A DNA stretch of 64,000 nucleotides, taken from IMG/VR virus record IMGVR_UViG_3300020151_002511, positions 23,932-87,931 of that record; one strand, 5' to 3'. The DNA comes from a virus. Taxonomy: Duplodnaviria > Caudoviricetes. The notes under the pieces are model-generated. The model had not been told where the DNA came from and made no database searches. It was given only the letters and a program-made list of their open reading frames with translations. The position numbers and the translations under genes were made by a program. Below are positions 1-13,681 of the stretch, piece after piece. Each line of letters starts with the position of its first letter. Position 1 is the stretch's first letter.

Positions 1-1
1 A

Positions 2-1378
2 ATAGCTGGAATGGCAGTTGATAGTCAGTTTGCTCACGCTAGTGCCATGGCTAGAATTGGAAAAAATAGCAAAGAGGCTATAGATGCAGTATCTGATACT
101 ATATATGCAAGAAGAACAACTCAATATCTTGGGGAAATTAATACCTCTCGAGAAGCTAGTACGTTAGCAGAAAATATACTTAATGAATATTCAAGATTAA
201 CTACTGAAAGTGAAGATGTTTTATCGAACATATCAGCTAAGACTGGAGCTGAATCAGAAACTTTTATTTATGAGGCTCTATTAAAGAAGCAACAAATAGG
301 AGAGCAGCTAAGGTCTATGATTTATGCTGGCGCACAAGGAGCTCAAAATACTACAGTTCAAGACATATTGGATAATATGGAGAGACTTTCTAATACATCT
401 AGACATAGAGGTGTAAGTGGTTATGGGGACTTGCTAACTGCAACTGGAGATGAAAACGACCTTAAGAAGTTAGTATCCGCAGCTAAGAATGCAAGAGAAT
501 TAAAGTTTTTAAAAAGACAAGAAAACATAGAATCTTTAGCAAATCAACTAGATGACATGATAGCTCAAGCTAAAGCTATGAGCGTAGAAGACAGAGCGGA
601 CATCTTAAGACAATCAAGAGATGTTCTAGAGTCACATATAAGAATGAATACATCAAGAGTTTCTGACGACCACAGACTTGCAGCAGCTTTTATTGCTAGA
701 TTTGAACCAGAAACTGGACTAGCTAAGATGGGTGTAGATGAAGACACTTTACTTATTTCTAGAAGAATATTACAATTTTCTAATGCAAGAAGAAGTCTTA
801 AAGATACCGGGATGGAAGATATCTTATCTTACTCTGGAACTGGAACAGCAGCCGACTTGGCTCCAACACCCATAGATGAAGATGTTAGGTCTAGAATTTT
901 GTCTGGAGTAACTGAGTCTGATCAAGAGGATGATCTAACTAATTTAGCTCAAGCAAATCGTGGAAAATATAAAAGGTTGACAGACTCATGGAGAGATGGA
1001 AAACTTGGTGAGGCATTTGATAATCCAATAATTAAAAAATCAGCTTATGCTGCAGTTGGATTAATCGCAGCTAGTTTCATCTACGCTGGTTCAAAAGATA
1101 GAGGCGAACAAGAAATTTCAGGTCCACCACTTTTACCTGGTGGATCAGCATATGAAACTCTTCCTCAAAGAACCCCTCAGATACCAGATACTTCTATGTT
1201 CTCGGGTTATAAACCAGGAGTTGGATATTCAGTTCACATTGAAGGTTCAAGGAATCAAATAGAAGCTTTTGGCAGTAGCGCAAGATCTGTTGCTAAAGGG
1301 CCAATTAACAGTACTATGTCTAGAGGACTCCCTCAATTAGGTAGAGATCCCTACTCAGAAGTAGCTAGCTCTTTTTAG
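2..1378 (+). CDS. C-terminal part of a large helical virion protein, possibly tape measure (5' partial)
   Basis: Frame is open from the window edge. Ala/Leu/Glu-rich helical sequence with one hydrophobic segment (AYAAVGLIAASFIYAG), upstream of the hub/baseplate genes. Confidence 0.45.
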   Translation: MAGMAVDSQFAHASAMARIGKNSKEAIDAVSDTIYARRTTQYLGEINTSREASTLAENILNEYSRLTTESEDVLSNISAKTGAESETFIYEALLKKQQIGEQLRSMIYAGAQGAQNTTVQDILDNMERLSNTSRHRGVSGYGDLLTATGDENDLKKLVSAAKNARELKFLKRQENIESLANQLDDMIAQAKAMSVEDRADILRQSRDVLESHIRMNTSRVSDDHRLAAAFIARFEPETGLAKMGVDEDTLLISRRILQFSNARRSLKDTGMEDILSYSGTGTAADLAPTPIDEDVRSRILSGVTESDQEDDLTNLAQANRGKYKRLTDSWRDGKLGEAFDNPIIKKSAYAAVGLIAASFIYAGSKDRGEQEISGPPLLPGGSAYETLPQRTPQIPDTSMFSGYKPGVGYSVHIEGSRNQIEAFGSSARSVAKGPINSTMSRGLPQLGRDPYSEVASSF

Positions 1379-1386
1379 GTGTTGAT

Positions 1387-1851
1387 ATGATTCTTGGTGC
1401 AGACAATCAAAATAAAAATTTAAGAATAGCATCAAACATTAAGTCGAATCCAAACACAAAAACAAGAACAGCAAATCATTACTCTGCTTCAATCTCAACT
1501 TCTAAGACATCAGAATTTTCTAGTTCTGCAAGAACGCAAAGAACCACAGCTCATCAATCTAGAAGTAAATTGAATGATGGTAACCCAGATCCAATTAGAG
1601 GATCTATGGAGGGTCTGGACACTGGTAAATCAGCTCATGTTCAGATGGACAATAGGGGTTATGATGCAACTCAACTTCAAACAGCTAGATATAAATCTAG
1701 AGATCAAAATTTTAGTACTCAAAAAGGTGCTAGTTTTCTTTTTACAAATAAACAAAATCAAGGTATAATTAATAATTATACAAATGAAACTATGACTGGT
1801 AGCTCCAGTGATAGACTAAATCAATCTCTTAATATTAACGGAATGTTTTAA
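1387..1851 (+). CDS. hypothetical protein (tail module)
   Basis: 154-aa ORF with an AGGTG RBS, tightly packed between neighbours. Confidence 0.65.
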   Translation: MILGADNQNKNLRIASNIKSNPNTKTRTANHYSASISTSKTSEFSSSARTQRTTAHQSRSKLNDGNPDPIRGSMEGLDTGKSAHVQMDNRGYDATQLQTARYKSRDQNFSTQKGASFLFTNKQNQGIINNYTNETMTGSSSDRLNQSLNINGMF

Positions 1852-1853
1852 TT

Positions 1854-4800
1854 ATGGCTGAACAGGTATTAAATACAGAAGTAACAGAATACATGAAGGG
1901 CCTTGATAAGGTCGAGATTGAAGCAATTATAGCTGATGTTCAAGATTTATTTGATTACTACTACGAACCTGGTTTACAAGCGTTAAGGACGGCAATTAAT
2001 AATGATCCTAACGTTAAATGGAAACAACAATTTCAAAACAAGTTATCACAGTTCAATAGTGCATATTTTGAATATGATTATTTAGACAGTGGATTAAATA
2101 CGCGTATAGAAACGCAGGATGGTCCATCAAGTGCTACTCAAGATAGAATTAAAGACCTTTATAATATTTATTTTAAACCAATAAAAGACGCTGGAAAAGG
2201 CATTACTAGGACAAATCCAAGGGTTAAATCTAGTACTGGTGGATTAAAAACTACAACTGGTCCAACTTATCCAGTAATGAGCGCTGGAATTTTATCTTTT
2301 GGCAAAGAATATTACCCACCAAATATTTACAAAAGAACAAACTTATATAAATCGCTTGGTTCAAAAGATACATATTCTGCAATAGCATTTACTGACTACA
2401 TGTTCAGGTATTTTCTTGACTCAGAATCCACTAAGGAGCCTGATGTAGAATTATACGTAAAACAATACATGGCAAGAAAATCTGACTTACCACCAGGTAA
2501 AGATTTAGGCATAGTCTACAACAGAATGTACAGTGAGACTATAGCTGGAACACTAGCTGCATTAAGGGCTATAAAAGAAAAATTACAGAACTACTCTGCG
2601 GAAAATCAAGAATATAAATCAAACCCAGAATCCTCAGTAGTCGAAGGCGCTAATACAACATTTTTAGAAGAACAACTAAATACAATTTTAGGAAAGTGGA
2701 AGGTTACTTTCGACCTTGATGGCTATATAGCAACCAAACTTCCAAAAAGATTACTTGACGATTCCTCAAAAATAGAATCAATTAAAAAAGGTTTTTATAA
2801 TTTATTTCAACCATCTGGTGCTGCTACTATCCCAACAAATGAAAAATATGGCAAAAATATATGGGACAAAATACGCACTAGTGGACTACTAGATCTAGCA
2901 GTTAGCGCTGGCTCAATAGCAGAGTTTGCCCAAAAAAGATTCTCAGTAGGAGAAGGTCTACTTGACCCCGTAACGGGAAGTGCTAAGAATGCTCTTGATC
3001 CAGTAAGAGACACTATGTGGCTTAATGACCTATCCAGGGTTATGACAACTCTAACTAGAGATCCCATTACTCTTTCTATAATACAAAACTACTTTCCAAA
3101 TTTAGTTACATTATTTTTTAATGCTACCGCAGCTGCTGCAGATTATTCTGGTGGGAGTTCAGATGACCCGTTAAATAACGTAGAGGCATTAGCTAAGTCA
3201 CTAATTGATTCTTTTGGTCTAGACAAAGATGGTAAGCCAGTTTTTGAAGCCGCATGGGACTTCATTAACACTGGACAAAGGATCCAAGAAGCACTTAAGC
3301 AGTTCCCGTTCAGGGAAAACATTACACCTAAAACACCGGACCTATTTCACTTAAGACTTGGAGCATCAAACTTTTATGTCCCTCCAGTTGCTATATCTAT
3401 TAACTCTCAGTTTAAAACCGGAAGTCTTACTGGTGGAGCAATCAGGCAAAAGAGTTCTCCAAAGTTTAATGCTGGGTATAAAGAAACTTCAATAAATCTT
3501 AAATTATTTTTTCCTAATTATGAAGAAATATGGGGCATATCAATAGATGGAATTAAAGATTTAAGTATTGATAAAGATTTTAAAATTGACTTTAAACAAG
3601 CAGGAAATGAAGAACAGATAGATAAATTTCTTTCTTCATTAAGAGGTCTCGTAGCAGCATTTAAGTATGCTCCTATACTTCCAATTAAAAATGTATACTT
3701 GAATTCTGTTCATGGAATAACCGGAGTAGCTCTTTCTTCAATGAGCATCTCAACTATTCCTAACTATCCATTTGCTTTGGTAGTAGATCTAGAGCTTCTC
3801 AGCTTTAATCACAAACCATTCCTTCCAATGATTAAGGATTTTAATCAAGCTGTTCACTGGGGCAAGTTTAGACACTACATGGGCAAAGCCGCTGGAAGTC
3901 TACATAGTTATATAAATGAATCATTCTTTACCGAGATAAACCCCGATGAACCCGCAACACGCCTTGCTGGAGATAGAGGATATGAGCTAATACAGCTTAA
4001 GGAAAAAGATGGAGAAGAGCCAGATCTTATAAAAGATCCGTTTAAGAATGATATTTTTAATACAAATGTTATAAAAGAATGGCGTAATGGAAATAATATA
4101 AGTCTATATATTCCAGAAAGAACTCAAACAAAAATATTTACTCCAGACACATCTTCGTTCAGAGGAGAAGAAGAAAAACTCTTAGAAGATACAGGTCAGG
4201 CATTTTGGCAAAGTGCTCTTAAATCTATAGGTATTGACATAAACGAGTCAGAATCATATGGCAGAAGTCTTGATTCAGTAGTTCAAACTTCAATAGAAGG
4301 ATCAATAAGTCCTTCTGCTAGAAGAATAGTTTTAGAGAGCATCGACATTATTCTTGCTGGAAAAAATAGAAAAGAATTTAATGAGAAAGCTTATGATTTT
4401 TATGCAAAAGCTTTTGTATTTGAAAATAAAAATTCATTAGATCAACCTGAAATCAATTATATTTTAGCTAAACCTGGCAGCCTACCTCCAGGTGACTATA
4501 CATCAAATGCAAAACTCTACTATTACAGGAGTAAACCGCTTGAAAAAGAAAATTCAAGTGGTTTTTCCGTTAACTATTCTTTAAAAAACATCAGAGATTT
4601 ATTTGAAAAATCATCTACTGGAGTTAAAGCATTTTTGAATAATCTTTCCGAGCAAGACGCTCAAGAAAAAGCATCGACAACTGGTAAGAAAAAAGAAGAG
4701 TTTATTGAACAATCTAAAGAAGATATTGGTAGAGCGTTTAACGTCTTATTCTATAATAGATACTTTAATAGTGGTCCTATTCAAAAATTAATGGAAGCTA

Positions 4801-7800
4801 AAAGATTAGGATCTGCTAACTATCAATTTAATGAATGGGAAGTTCCCATGATGAGAGTAGACCTAGATCCAAAGGCAGTAATAGTCAATGGCGTTTCTTT
4901 AACATTAGGAAACAATCTAGCAAAAATGCAACTTCAAATGCAAGATGAGCCAACATATCAACATATAGGTGGCAAAGATACTTATATGAATATCTCTATG
5001 ACTGTATTTGGAGAAAAAGAATTAATAAAATTAAGAAAAGTTTTTGAACATATTAACGGCCTTGCAAGACTAGAACACTCAACTGGAGTAATAGGATTCA
5101 TGGGCATAAAGAATATTATCGCTGGTCTAGCTGGCATGAAGTACGTAATGCCTTTAACTTATCAAGTTGACACTATTAATAACTATCCTCACGTTTATGA
5201 TGTAAGGATTTCTTTTGTGGACTTTGACATATTTCAACAACAAAAAGAAAAACTTTCATCAAAACAACAAGCTGATATGATTAAAACATTTGGCACAAAG
5301 AGAAATCCATTTCTTCGCATAAAGCAGTTATGGGGATCATTCAATGCTTATCCAGATTTTCCATTAATGGTTAAGGATTCAGCTGGAGAAACTGTTGGAA
5401 CACTAGATCCTGATTATTATTTTAGATCTTTTGAGATGTTTGATGATGACGTTATTCACCATCTTCAGAGTGAAGAAAAAAGGTTAGAAAACTTTACTGT
5501 TTCTCCAAAAGGATTAGACTCTCAATCAACGACAAGTAATCAAGCTAGAAATAACAAAATACTTAATGATATTAAAGACTTAATTATTAATAATAATATT
5601 GCAGCTTTAAAAAATTACTTTAATGAGAAACAGATTACATTAATGGAAGCAGCTGCTTATGTAGAAGGAGCCGTAAGAGAATTTCTTAAAGGTCAAAAGT
5701 CAAATCTTCTTTCTGATTTCATTGAAGAATACCCAGAGGTAGACGGTCAAGCCGTAAAGCTTTCTGTAGAAAGAACTGTTGGCTCAGAAGGAATAAAATA
5801 TCAAACCAAAGTTGGAGATGTTAAATACTCGGCAGACAATGCAATTGGTGAAATACAAAAACTTTTAAGTTCAACACAAAACTCTTCTTCTAATGAAGAG
5901 TTTATGAGTATTAACACTGAGGAATTAGATATTCACCACACCATAACGCTAATACCTGCATCAGAAAGCGTTTCAGACGATAAATTGCCAGCGATGCTTT
6001 ACCACGCAAATGGCTATCATCTTGGTTATGTTGGAAAGTATGATAATAGATTCTATTTTACTTCTGATGGAGTTCAATTAACTAAGGGAAGTTCTAGTAA
6101 TTCAACCGATGGCAAGATAGAGTATAGGCCAGTAGCCATACCTTATGGCGACGCTGATAGTCCATCAAAAGCATACGCTGCAAAAGATGCAAATGGCAAG
6201 GAGATGGGTGCAGCTCACATAACGTCACTAGGCGGAACTGGTTCTAACTTATCTAGAACTCATGATCCTTACACTAAAAGCGATGCAAATACAGCAGAAG
6301 TAACATCTACCAGTAGCACTGAAGGGTCAGTGGCAAAACACTGGGAAAGAATGTTGATCGATACTAAGTATCGTGACATATCTGGTCGAATGATTAGAGC
6401 GTTTCCAACATACATGCTATGGCTTATTGATGAGGGCGGTTTTGTATCTGGCATAAAAGTATTCGATAATTTTTATGGCCTGCAATCAGTAATAGATTTT
6501 TCAATTGTTCAATCTGAAGATATTCTTGGAGATACTCTAATGCTCAGAGTATCAAATATGTACTCTAAATTAACCACAGCCGAATCAAGTGCTATATTTA
6601 GAGTAGATGAAGAATACAGCGGCGAGCCAACTAATGCAGTAGAGGGTATAGAGTCGGTACTTGATAGAGTTCTTAATAGAGCAAGATTTGCTGCTGCACA
6701 TATGCAAAACGATTACATAGTAGATATCAATAATATAAGACTTAAACCTGGCGTTAGAGTTCACTTAAGAGGTGGATACGGGTCAAACCCCAATGCTTTG
6801 CAGACACTTTTTAATGGAGTTATTACTCAAGTTGAAAACGGTGAGATTGTAACAATTACTGCTCAGTCCGATGCAATAGAACTTAGCCCTATAGTTAACT
6901 CTACTAATAAAAAAGGTGATAGTGGAAAAATAGATGGTGGCATAAACACTGGATTTTGGCTTTCCGAACCAAGAGATTTAATGGTAAGACTTTTGTCAAT
7001 GGGTACCTCTAGGTTTAGAGAAGGTTTTGCTCACGCTACAAGAGGAAGAATATTTTCTGAAAATAAATTTGGAATAAGACATTTTGGAACAATATTATAT
7101 GAGCCACTCAACGATATAGAAAAAGCAAAAAATGAAGCTGTAGTTTCCTCAGTCAAAGAAGCTCATAGTTCGTTGGGACCAGGTTCTGGAAACTCTTCGG
7201 GAAGCGGTTCCTCTGTTGATGTTTTGACTTCTGGAACAATTGAAGGAATGAGAAATTTTGGTCCAGAAATAAGACCCGCTGGAACTGGTCTGATGCACAC
7301 TTTGTGGGCAAACTTTTCTGCTCAAAGAGATTTTGAAATCTTTAAAAGAAATATTTATCCAGGAAATGGAACTGGAATAGCACAATTTTTAGGGGGAGAC
7401 TTAGGCGATGGATGGGCCTCAGTAGCAAGTTTAACTCCAGATGAAAACACAAATGAAAGAATAAATTATATAGGAAGAGTTACTGACTATTCCTGGAACA
7501 AGCTTACCGCTCAATATAGTCAAGGCTACACTCCTGCTGGAGCAGATGCCAAGTCATTAATCGATACCAATTCATCGGCTAATCAGATCAATAATAGCAA
7601 TGGTTCTGCAGACGTTGGTAGAGCTATGATAGGTGGAGCAATAGCTGCAGCTGGAATAGCAATAACAGGTGGTTTGGGTGCTCCAATAATTGGCGGAGCA
7701 TTAGCTTTAACTGGTCTAGGAGGAGTTCTTAGCGGAAGAGGCGGAACTCACATAATGAATACGTTAGGAATTACATCAGGGATGGATGATGATCTTCCTG

Positions 7801-10800
7801 GACTTGACGAAGTCTCATTTAGGGCTCAAACATATATGAGAAGTGTTTGGGATTTGTTCCAGATGTGTGCAAGATTACTTCCAAATTACATTGTAGCAAT
7901 AAGACCGTTTGAAGATAGGTCAACTGTTTTTTATGGCAAACCACATTGGCTGTATACTTCTGGAGTTGTTCCACTCACTACTGGGTTCCCGGTAAGATCA
8001 AAAGCCAAAGAGCTTGGAATTATTGGCCCAACAGAAATAGATGTTGATGATTTCTTAGCAAAAACAATGGAGCAATTAAATAAAGAATCAAGTCCATTAG
8101 CTGATTCAGCAGCGTTTAGTGCTGGTAATTCATCACTTATTTCTATAACTGATCTACTGTCTATGCAATTAAACACAACTGCTGAAGGAAGCGTTTATCT
8201 ACCTACATCTGGAGATGGTAGTTTTAGGGGAAAAATAGTACCATTTGGATATAAGTCTACTATGGAATTTAAATCTTCAAATGGAACTATTCTTTCTAAA
8301 CTTCCCACATCAATGGGGTATGCAACAATAGGTTATCACCTTCCTATCGGAGGTGACTTAACTGAAGTTGAACTAAATGAAGAACAACTTTCTAGCCATA
8401 GACAGATAGGTGAACTACCATATAGATACAGATTTCCTTTCTTTACAGAAAGAAAAGACAATATAATTCTAGAAGATTTTGCCTATTATGCTTTAGCCGA
8501 TGAGCTTGGCACTTGGGGTGGAGGTAGTTATAAGTCTGATTATCAAACACTAGCCTTAGACAACTGGTCATATAATGGTGGTGGCGGAAGTAAAGGCGAA
8601 ACAAACTGGGTTAATTTACTTAAAAAAGAATCACAGTTAGTAACCACTAACACAACAGATAGTGTTAATCTTGAAAATAGAAATAAATTAAAAATTGCCA
8701 TTAAGATGGAAATGGGAAATACTCCTATTTTCTCCGCTGACTCATCTATATCTGGAGATTCTTATATATTTTCAGAAAGATTAAATGGGAGTATTTCTAA
8801 AATTATTAGAATGCCACTTCCAGAAACTAACGTAACTTTTGAACCAGGAAAAGCTGCAAAAGAATATGAAATTCTTCAAGATTATCAAAGTACCTCTAAC
8901 GCAGCAGCTCTGCTAGAATGGACTCCTCCATCAAACGCTCTTGAGGAACAATTTTACATTGCTATGCAATGGCCATATCAACCTTTATCAGGAGACATGG
9001 GCACAAATCTTGATTCATCACTTGAATATAATGCGTCAAGCGTAAGCGCAGAAGCTTTTCTTCATAACTATGGCATTAAAGCAACTGAAACATTTGGAAA
9101 TGTAAAAGATTATAAAAATAGAAAAGTAATGGTCTATAGTCCAAGCACGGGAAAAGCAGTTGTTTGTAAACCAGCTTATTTTATGTGGGGAAATAGTACT
9201 GTAAGAATACCTGAACAAGCTTCTGGTAAAAATCGTGATGAATTCGGAAACACAACAAGTATAGATAGAGATGCCTCACGGAGGCACAAACCAACTTATG
9301 TTCGAGCAAGAGGTTCCTCTTTCTGCAATAGTATCTCCTGATGCTGCTTACTTTCTTGGAATGTTAAATTTAACTCCGATAGAATCAGAATTTTGGTCAG
9401 ATGGTAAATCTTCAAAAAGCGAAAACGAATGGGCTGGCGCAGAAGACGCTATTACAGCTTTGGCTAGGTCAGGAATAGCTCCATTCCCAGTTCCTAGAAT
9501 ATGTTATTACGCATTTGTTCCAGACAGTACTCCTTTAGGAGTTGTTCCAGATATAGTGCTACCGGCAGATGAGTTTAAAGCAGCTGATGGAACAACTATT
9601 GAAGAGATTGGTAATGGTCAAAAAATAATAGGATTTGGCCTATTTACAGTAAAAGGTAATGGCAAAAAAGAAGTAGTTAAATCCAGTAACTATAACCAAT
9701 CAAAAGGTTCATTTAATGAATTTTTTGAATTACAACTTTCATCTAGCGTAGAATTATCTAATGTTATTGATTCTGTTGGAAAACTAGAATTAGGTGGAAA
9801 TATATATGGAAATGGAACAGACGCAAAGAGCTATTTTGATTTAGTAAAAGAAAAAAATTATTCTGCTATTGATCAAGATACATTAAGGGAAATTGTTAAG
9901 AATGAAAAGAAAGAAAATCTTAATATATCAGAAAGAAGATTTGCTGAAGTATACGATCCATTAGATTCTACTTCTGTTCAAGCTAGACAATATTATGATG
10001 AAGACTATGATCAAAATGTAAAGGTTATTGCAGGAAATGGCAGAACTCTTCAGCAAGCAACAGGGATATGGGATCAATTTAGATTTGGATATCACACATA
10101 TACAAATGTCAAAGAATCTTTTCAAAGAGCATATGGATTAGATCCAGATTCAGAAGAACAAATACCAAACGCTTTTCTATCGCAACCAAATACTACTTCA
10201 GCTGCAGATTTTCGTAGATTTGAATCTGCGGATCCAAATAATAAAGATGAAATGGAATTAGCAGCTGCCTCCTTAAGAGATGAGCCATTTGCAAAATATG
10301 GCTCAAGTGGAAAAACAGCTGAAGATGAGTTCTCAACTATATTCGGAGATAGCTTTTTTGAAACTCCATATCAATTTAAAGATGAAAGCGGATTAGTTAG
10401 ATCATCTGTATCACCTGGATTCCAAGCTAATTTAAGAACCGGATTAGAACAAGCTAGAGTAAATTTTATTGACGCAGGAAAAGAAAATGACGGACTAATA
10501 GATTACTTTAATGACCTAGTTTTATCTAAAGCGCAAAGATTAAGAGTTCTTATACTTGAAGGTCTAAAGCAATCTGGAGTACAACCAGAGGATGCTGATC
10601 AATATATCCAGTCAATTACTACCCCAAAACAACTGTTCCTTTTCGTTGTAGGTGCATTTAGAAATACGATGTGGAAAGATCCATATGCTAGAGCATGGCT
10701 TGTTCTTAAGCCTAATATGAAATATACTTTTGACAAAGATCAGTGGGACTTTAGCCCTGTGTTAAAAATTTTTCAAGCATTCATAGATCCTAATGAAGAC

Positions 10801-13680
10801 TATGCAAAGAAGCCTGATAAATTTAAAAAATTATTAGCAGCAAATAGATCAGAAGGAAGCAGTAGTAGCAACTGGTTCGGTAAGACGCTAGAAGACGTAG
10901 ATGGATTTTGGGATAAAAATGTTGGCCCACTATTTAGCGCTATAGGCGATTCATTATCTGGACTTGTCAACCTTTTCAGAATGTCAATGATGCAACTTGG
11001 TTATGGCTTATCTCAGGTAGGTCAAATGTCAAAACAGGCAAATATTTTAAACAAAGTTCTCAATGACTCAATCTACTACTCACTTGGAAGACCTGGCTCT
11101 TTATTAAGGGCAGTAGACAATCCTTTTACAAGAGAATATGGTGAGCCAGTAATTGAGATTAGACAACCATTCCAGAGAATACATTATCTAAGTTCTTTTT
11201 CTCACATTCTTTCAAATGGAATAACAGAGAATATAAATGGAGTTGCCACTATGGTAACTGCTGTTTCTGATGGAAAATATCCTGTAACAGTTGCGCTAGA
11301 TAAATCTGCTCCACCAGAAAGACAAGTTGAAAAAACAGTTGAGACTGGACTTTATTTTGACAATGTAGTTGGGTCTGGATTATTTGGAGCACTGCATCCC
11401 ATAATGCATCCGTTTGAATTTGCTAGAGGTATATCTAAAGTAGCACAAGGTACTCCTGATGAACTTTTAGCTAAAAGAGTTGCATTGTCACACTTGAGAG
11501 AGTCTTTAAAAGATATTTATACTGGGGAAATTGTAATCATAGGTAATGCAGATATTAGACCTCACGATTTAGTCTACCTCGCTGACGTATATGAAAGAAT
11601 GTATGGCATGTTTGAGGTTGAACAAGTTGTGCATCATTTTACTTCAGAGCTTGGATTTGTAACTTCAATTACGCCAAACGCTTTGGTTACAGTAAATGAT
11701 CCGGCAAGATGGTTTATGTCATCTTGGATTGGAACATGGCTACACATGCAATCATTGAGAAATGACACCAGAATGTACATGAGTTCTTTAGGTTCTGGAA
11801 TAAATAACATGGGCCAAGTCAGCGTTGATGGACTTTCAGATTCATTGCAAAGTCAAATGATTGGAGGAATGCAATATACACATGGAGCCTCGGCAATCAC
11901 TAAAGATATAATGGCCCACTTTGCTTCTGAGGGCATAGCTGATATTAACTCTCAGGTTAAAGGATTAGTCAGCAATCAATCTGCTTTTACTAATGGAAGC
12001 GCCAAGCTAGGTGGATTGGGTACCATGTTTACGGCAGCTACAGCCTTAGGTGGTGCAGCACTAGGAATAGCTTCATTGGCTGTTCCTGGGGCCGGAGCAC
12101 TAGTTGTAGGCGCTGCTACTGGTATAGGTGCTGGAATTGGAGGAAGGACAGCATGGAAGGGCTGGAGCTGGATTAGAGACAATGTACTAGATCAACATGG
12201 TTGCTATATTCAATATCTCAATAGGAACGGAAGAGCTATGGACGCCGGTCTTAATCAAAGTGGTCAAGGAATGGTAGTTGGCAGATATCACACAAAGAAA
12301 CTTCTTCCTGGAATTTTAGGAGTTTCAAGTAAGGTTAGAACAGAGCAGGGGTACAGCTATATTAGAACAAATGACTTGCTAAAAAATCTTGGATGGAAAG
12401 AAAAAGAAATAAACGATTTAGTTAGGTATGTAGACTTAGAGAATGCACTAGTTAACTCTCAGGTACTTAGATACTCAGGAATAGGCCCTGAAAAAGCCGG
12501 ACTTAATAGATTCTTTAAAGTAATATGCAGGGTTACAGAAGTTACAGACGGTGACACTATAGATGTAGTTGACATTTTTGATTCAACTAAGACTCCATTT
12601 ACAATACGTTTTCTAGGAGTAGCGGCTCCTGAATTAAATGTAATTAAATCTGCTGTTTCAACAAATAATGGAATTAATTTTAAAGTTCAATCGTATAGAG
12701 TAGAAGACATTCCAGGCGAAGCAGTAAACAAAGCTATCTTTACGACTGTTGCTCCTCATTCCTTTGAGGTTGATGATACTGTAGCTTTTAATCAAAGTTC
12801 AGAAACCTTTCCATCTGTTAGTTCAGCTGCCAAGGTTGAGTCAGTAACATCAAATACGTTTACTATTGCAACTACTTCTCCAGTTGTCGGATTAACTTCA
12901 ACAAATGCAGTTGCGCTAAGATTGCCAATCTCAGACAGTGTCAAGGAATGGTCAAGTGTTAACTATCTTTCACCTGGAGGAAAATCATTAGCTTATGTAG
13001 AATCTGCAATTAAAGATAAACTAATTATTGTCAGACTATCTCCTGATACAAAAAAGGTAACTGCATCGCTTGCGGAGGAAAATTTTGACGCAGGAAATGT
13101 TCATAATAAATCAGACTATTATGAAAAAGATATTTTTGGCACCAGATCTCTAGGTGTTATATTTTATAAGTCTGATAAAGAAGCTGTAGATAATATAGCC
13201 AAAGAAGTCAATTCTATATTTGGTACATCTTTGCAATTATCGCTATCCGATTTATTGGATAAAAAGTTAAAATTAAATTTAGCTGAACCAGTATTTATTG
13301 AAAGATTTAAAGAGATATTCAGTACCTGCGAAGAAGTATATAATAACTTAACCGTAGGTGGCAGCGGGAATAAAGATTACTATTCCCTATATGCAAGTTC
13401 GCCATTGCAGTCAATGAGTCCAAAGTTTAAAAGATATTATAATGCTTTTTTTGCAGTTAAAGTTCTTGAATATATATATGGAAAAGTTTCAGAATGGCCA
13501 AATATAGAATGGGATGAGTTCTATAGCGATGGAACTCCAGCATCATTAAACTATGAACTTATTGTAAATAATTTAGCTAAAGTCTATACAAAAGACCTAC
13601 TAGTAGAACAAAGGTCAGTAATAGATGGAACTGAAATGGCAGCTCTTCCAAGTCAAATAGAAGTGAATAGGAATACATAA
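1854..13680 (+). CDS. giant baseplate hub/tail protein (about 3941 aa via +1 frameshift at 9279) with a C-terminal thermonuclease-like domain
   Basis: ORFs 1854..9341 and 9271..13680 join at in-frame CGG-A (9279-9282). Hub (gpD/gp27-like) signatures occur in both halves: LRGGYGS..LFNGVITQVENGEIVTITAQS and GEIVIIGNADIRPHDLVYL..GMFEVEQVVHHF. SNase motif VTEVTDGDT..IRFLGVAAPE is near the C-terminus. Confidence 0.7.
9279..9282 (+). other. +1 recoding site 1 (tca CGGA ggc)
   Basis: The only in-frame CGG I found in the 2495-codon ORF. It lies within the window where both frames are open (9265-9341). Confidence 0.7.
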
Positions 13681-13681
13681 C

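Noticed and set aside
9272-9286. Hairpin as a general stimulator of the frameshift
   Set aside because: Present only at site 1. I saw no shared stem-loop or internal Shine-Dalgarno sequence at the other six sites.
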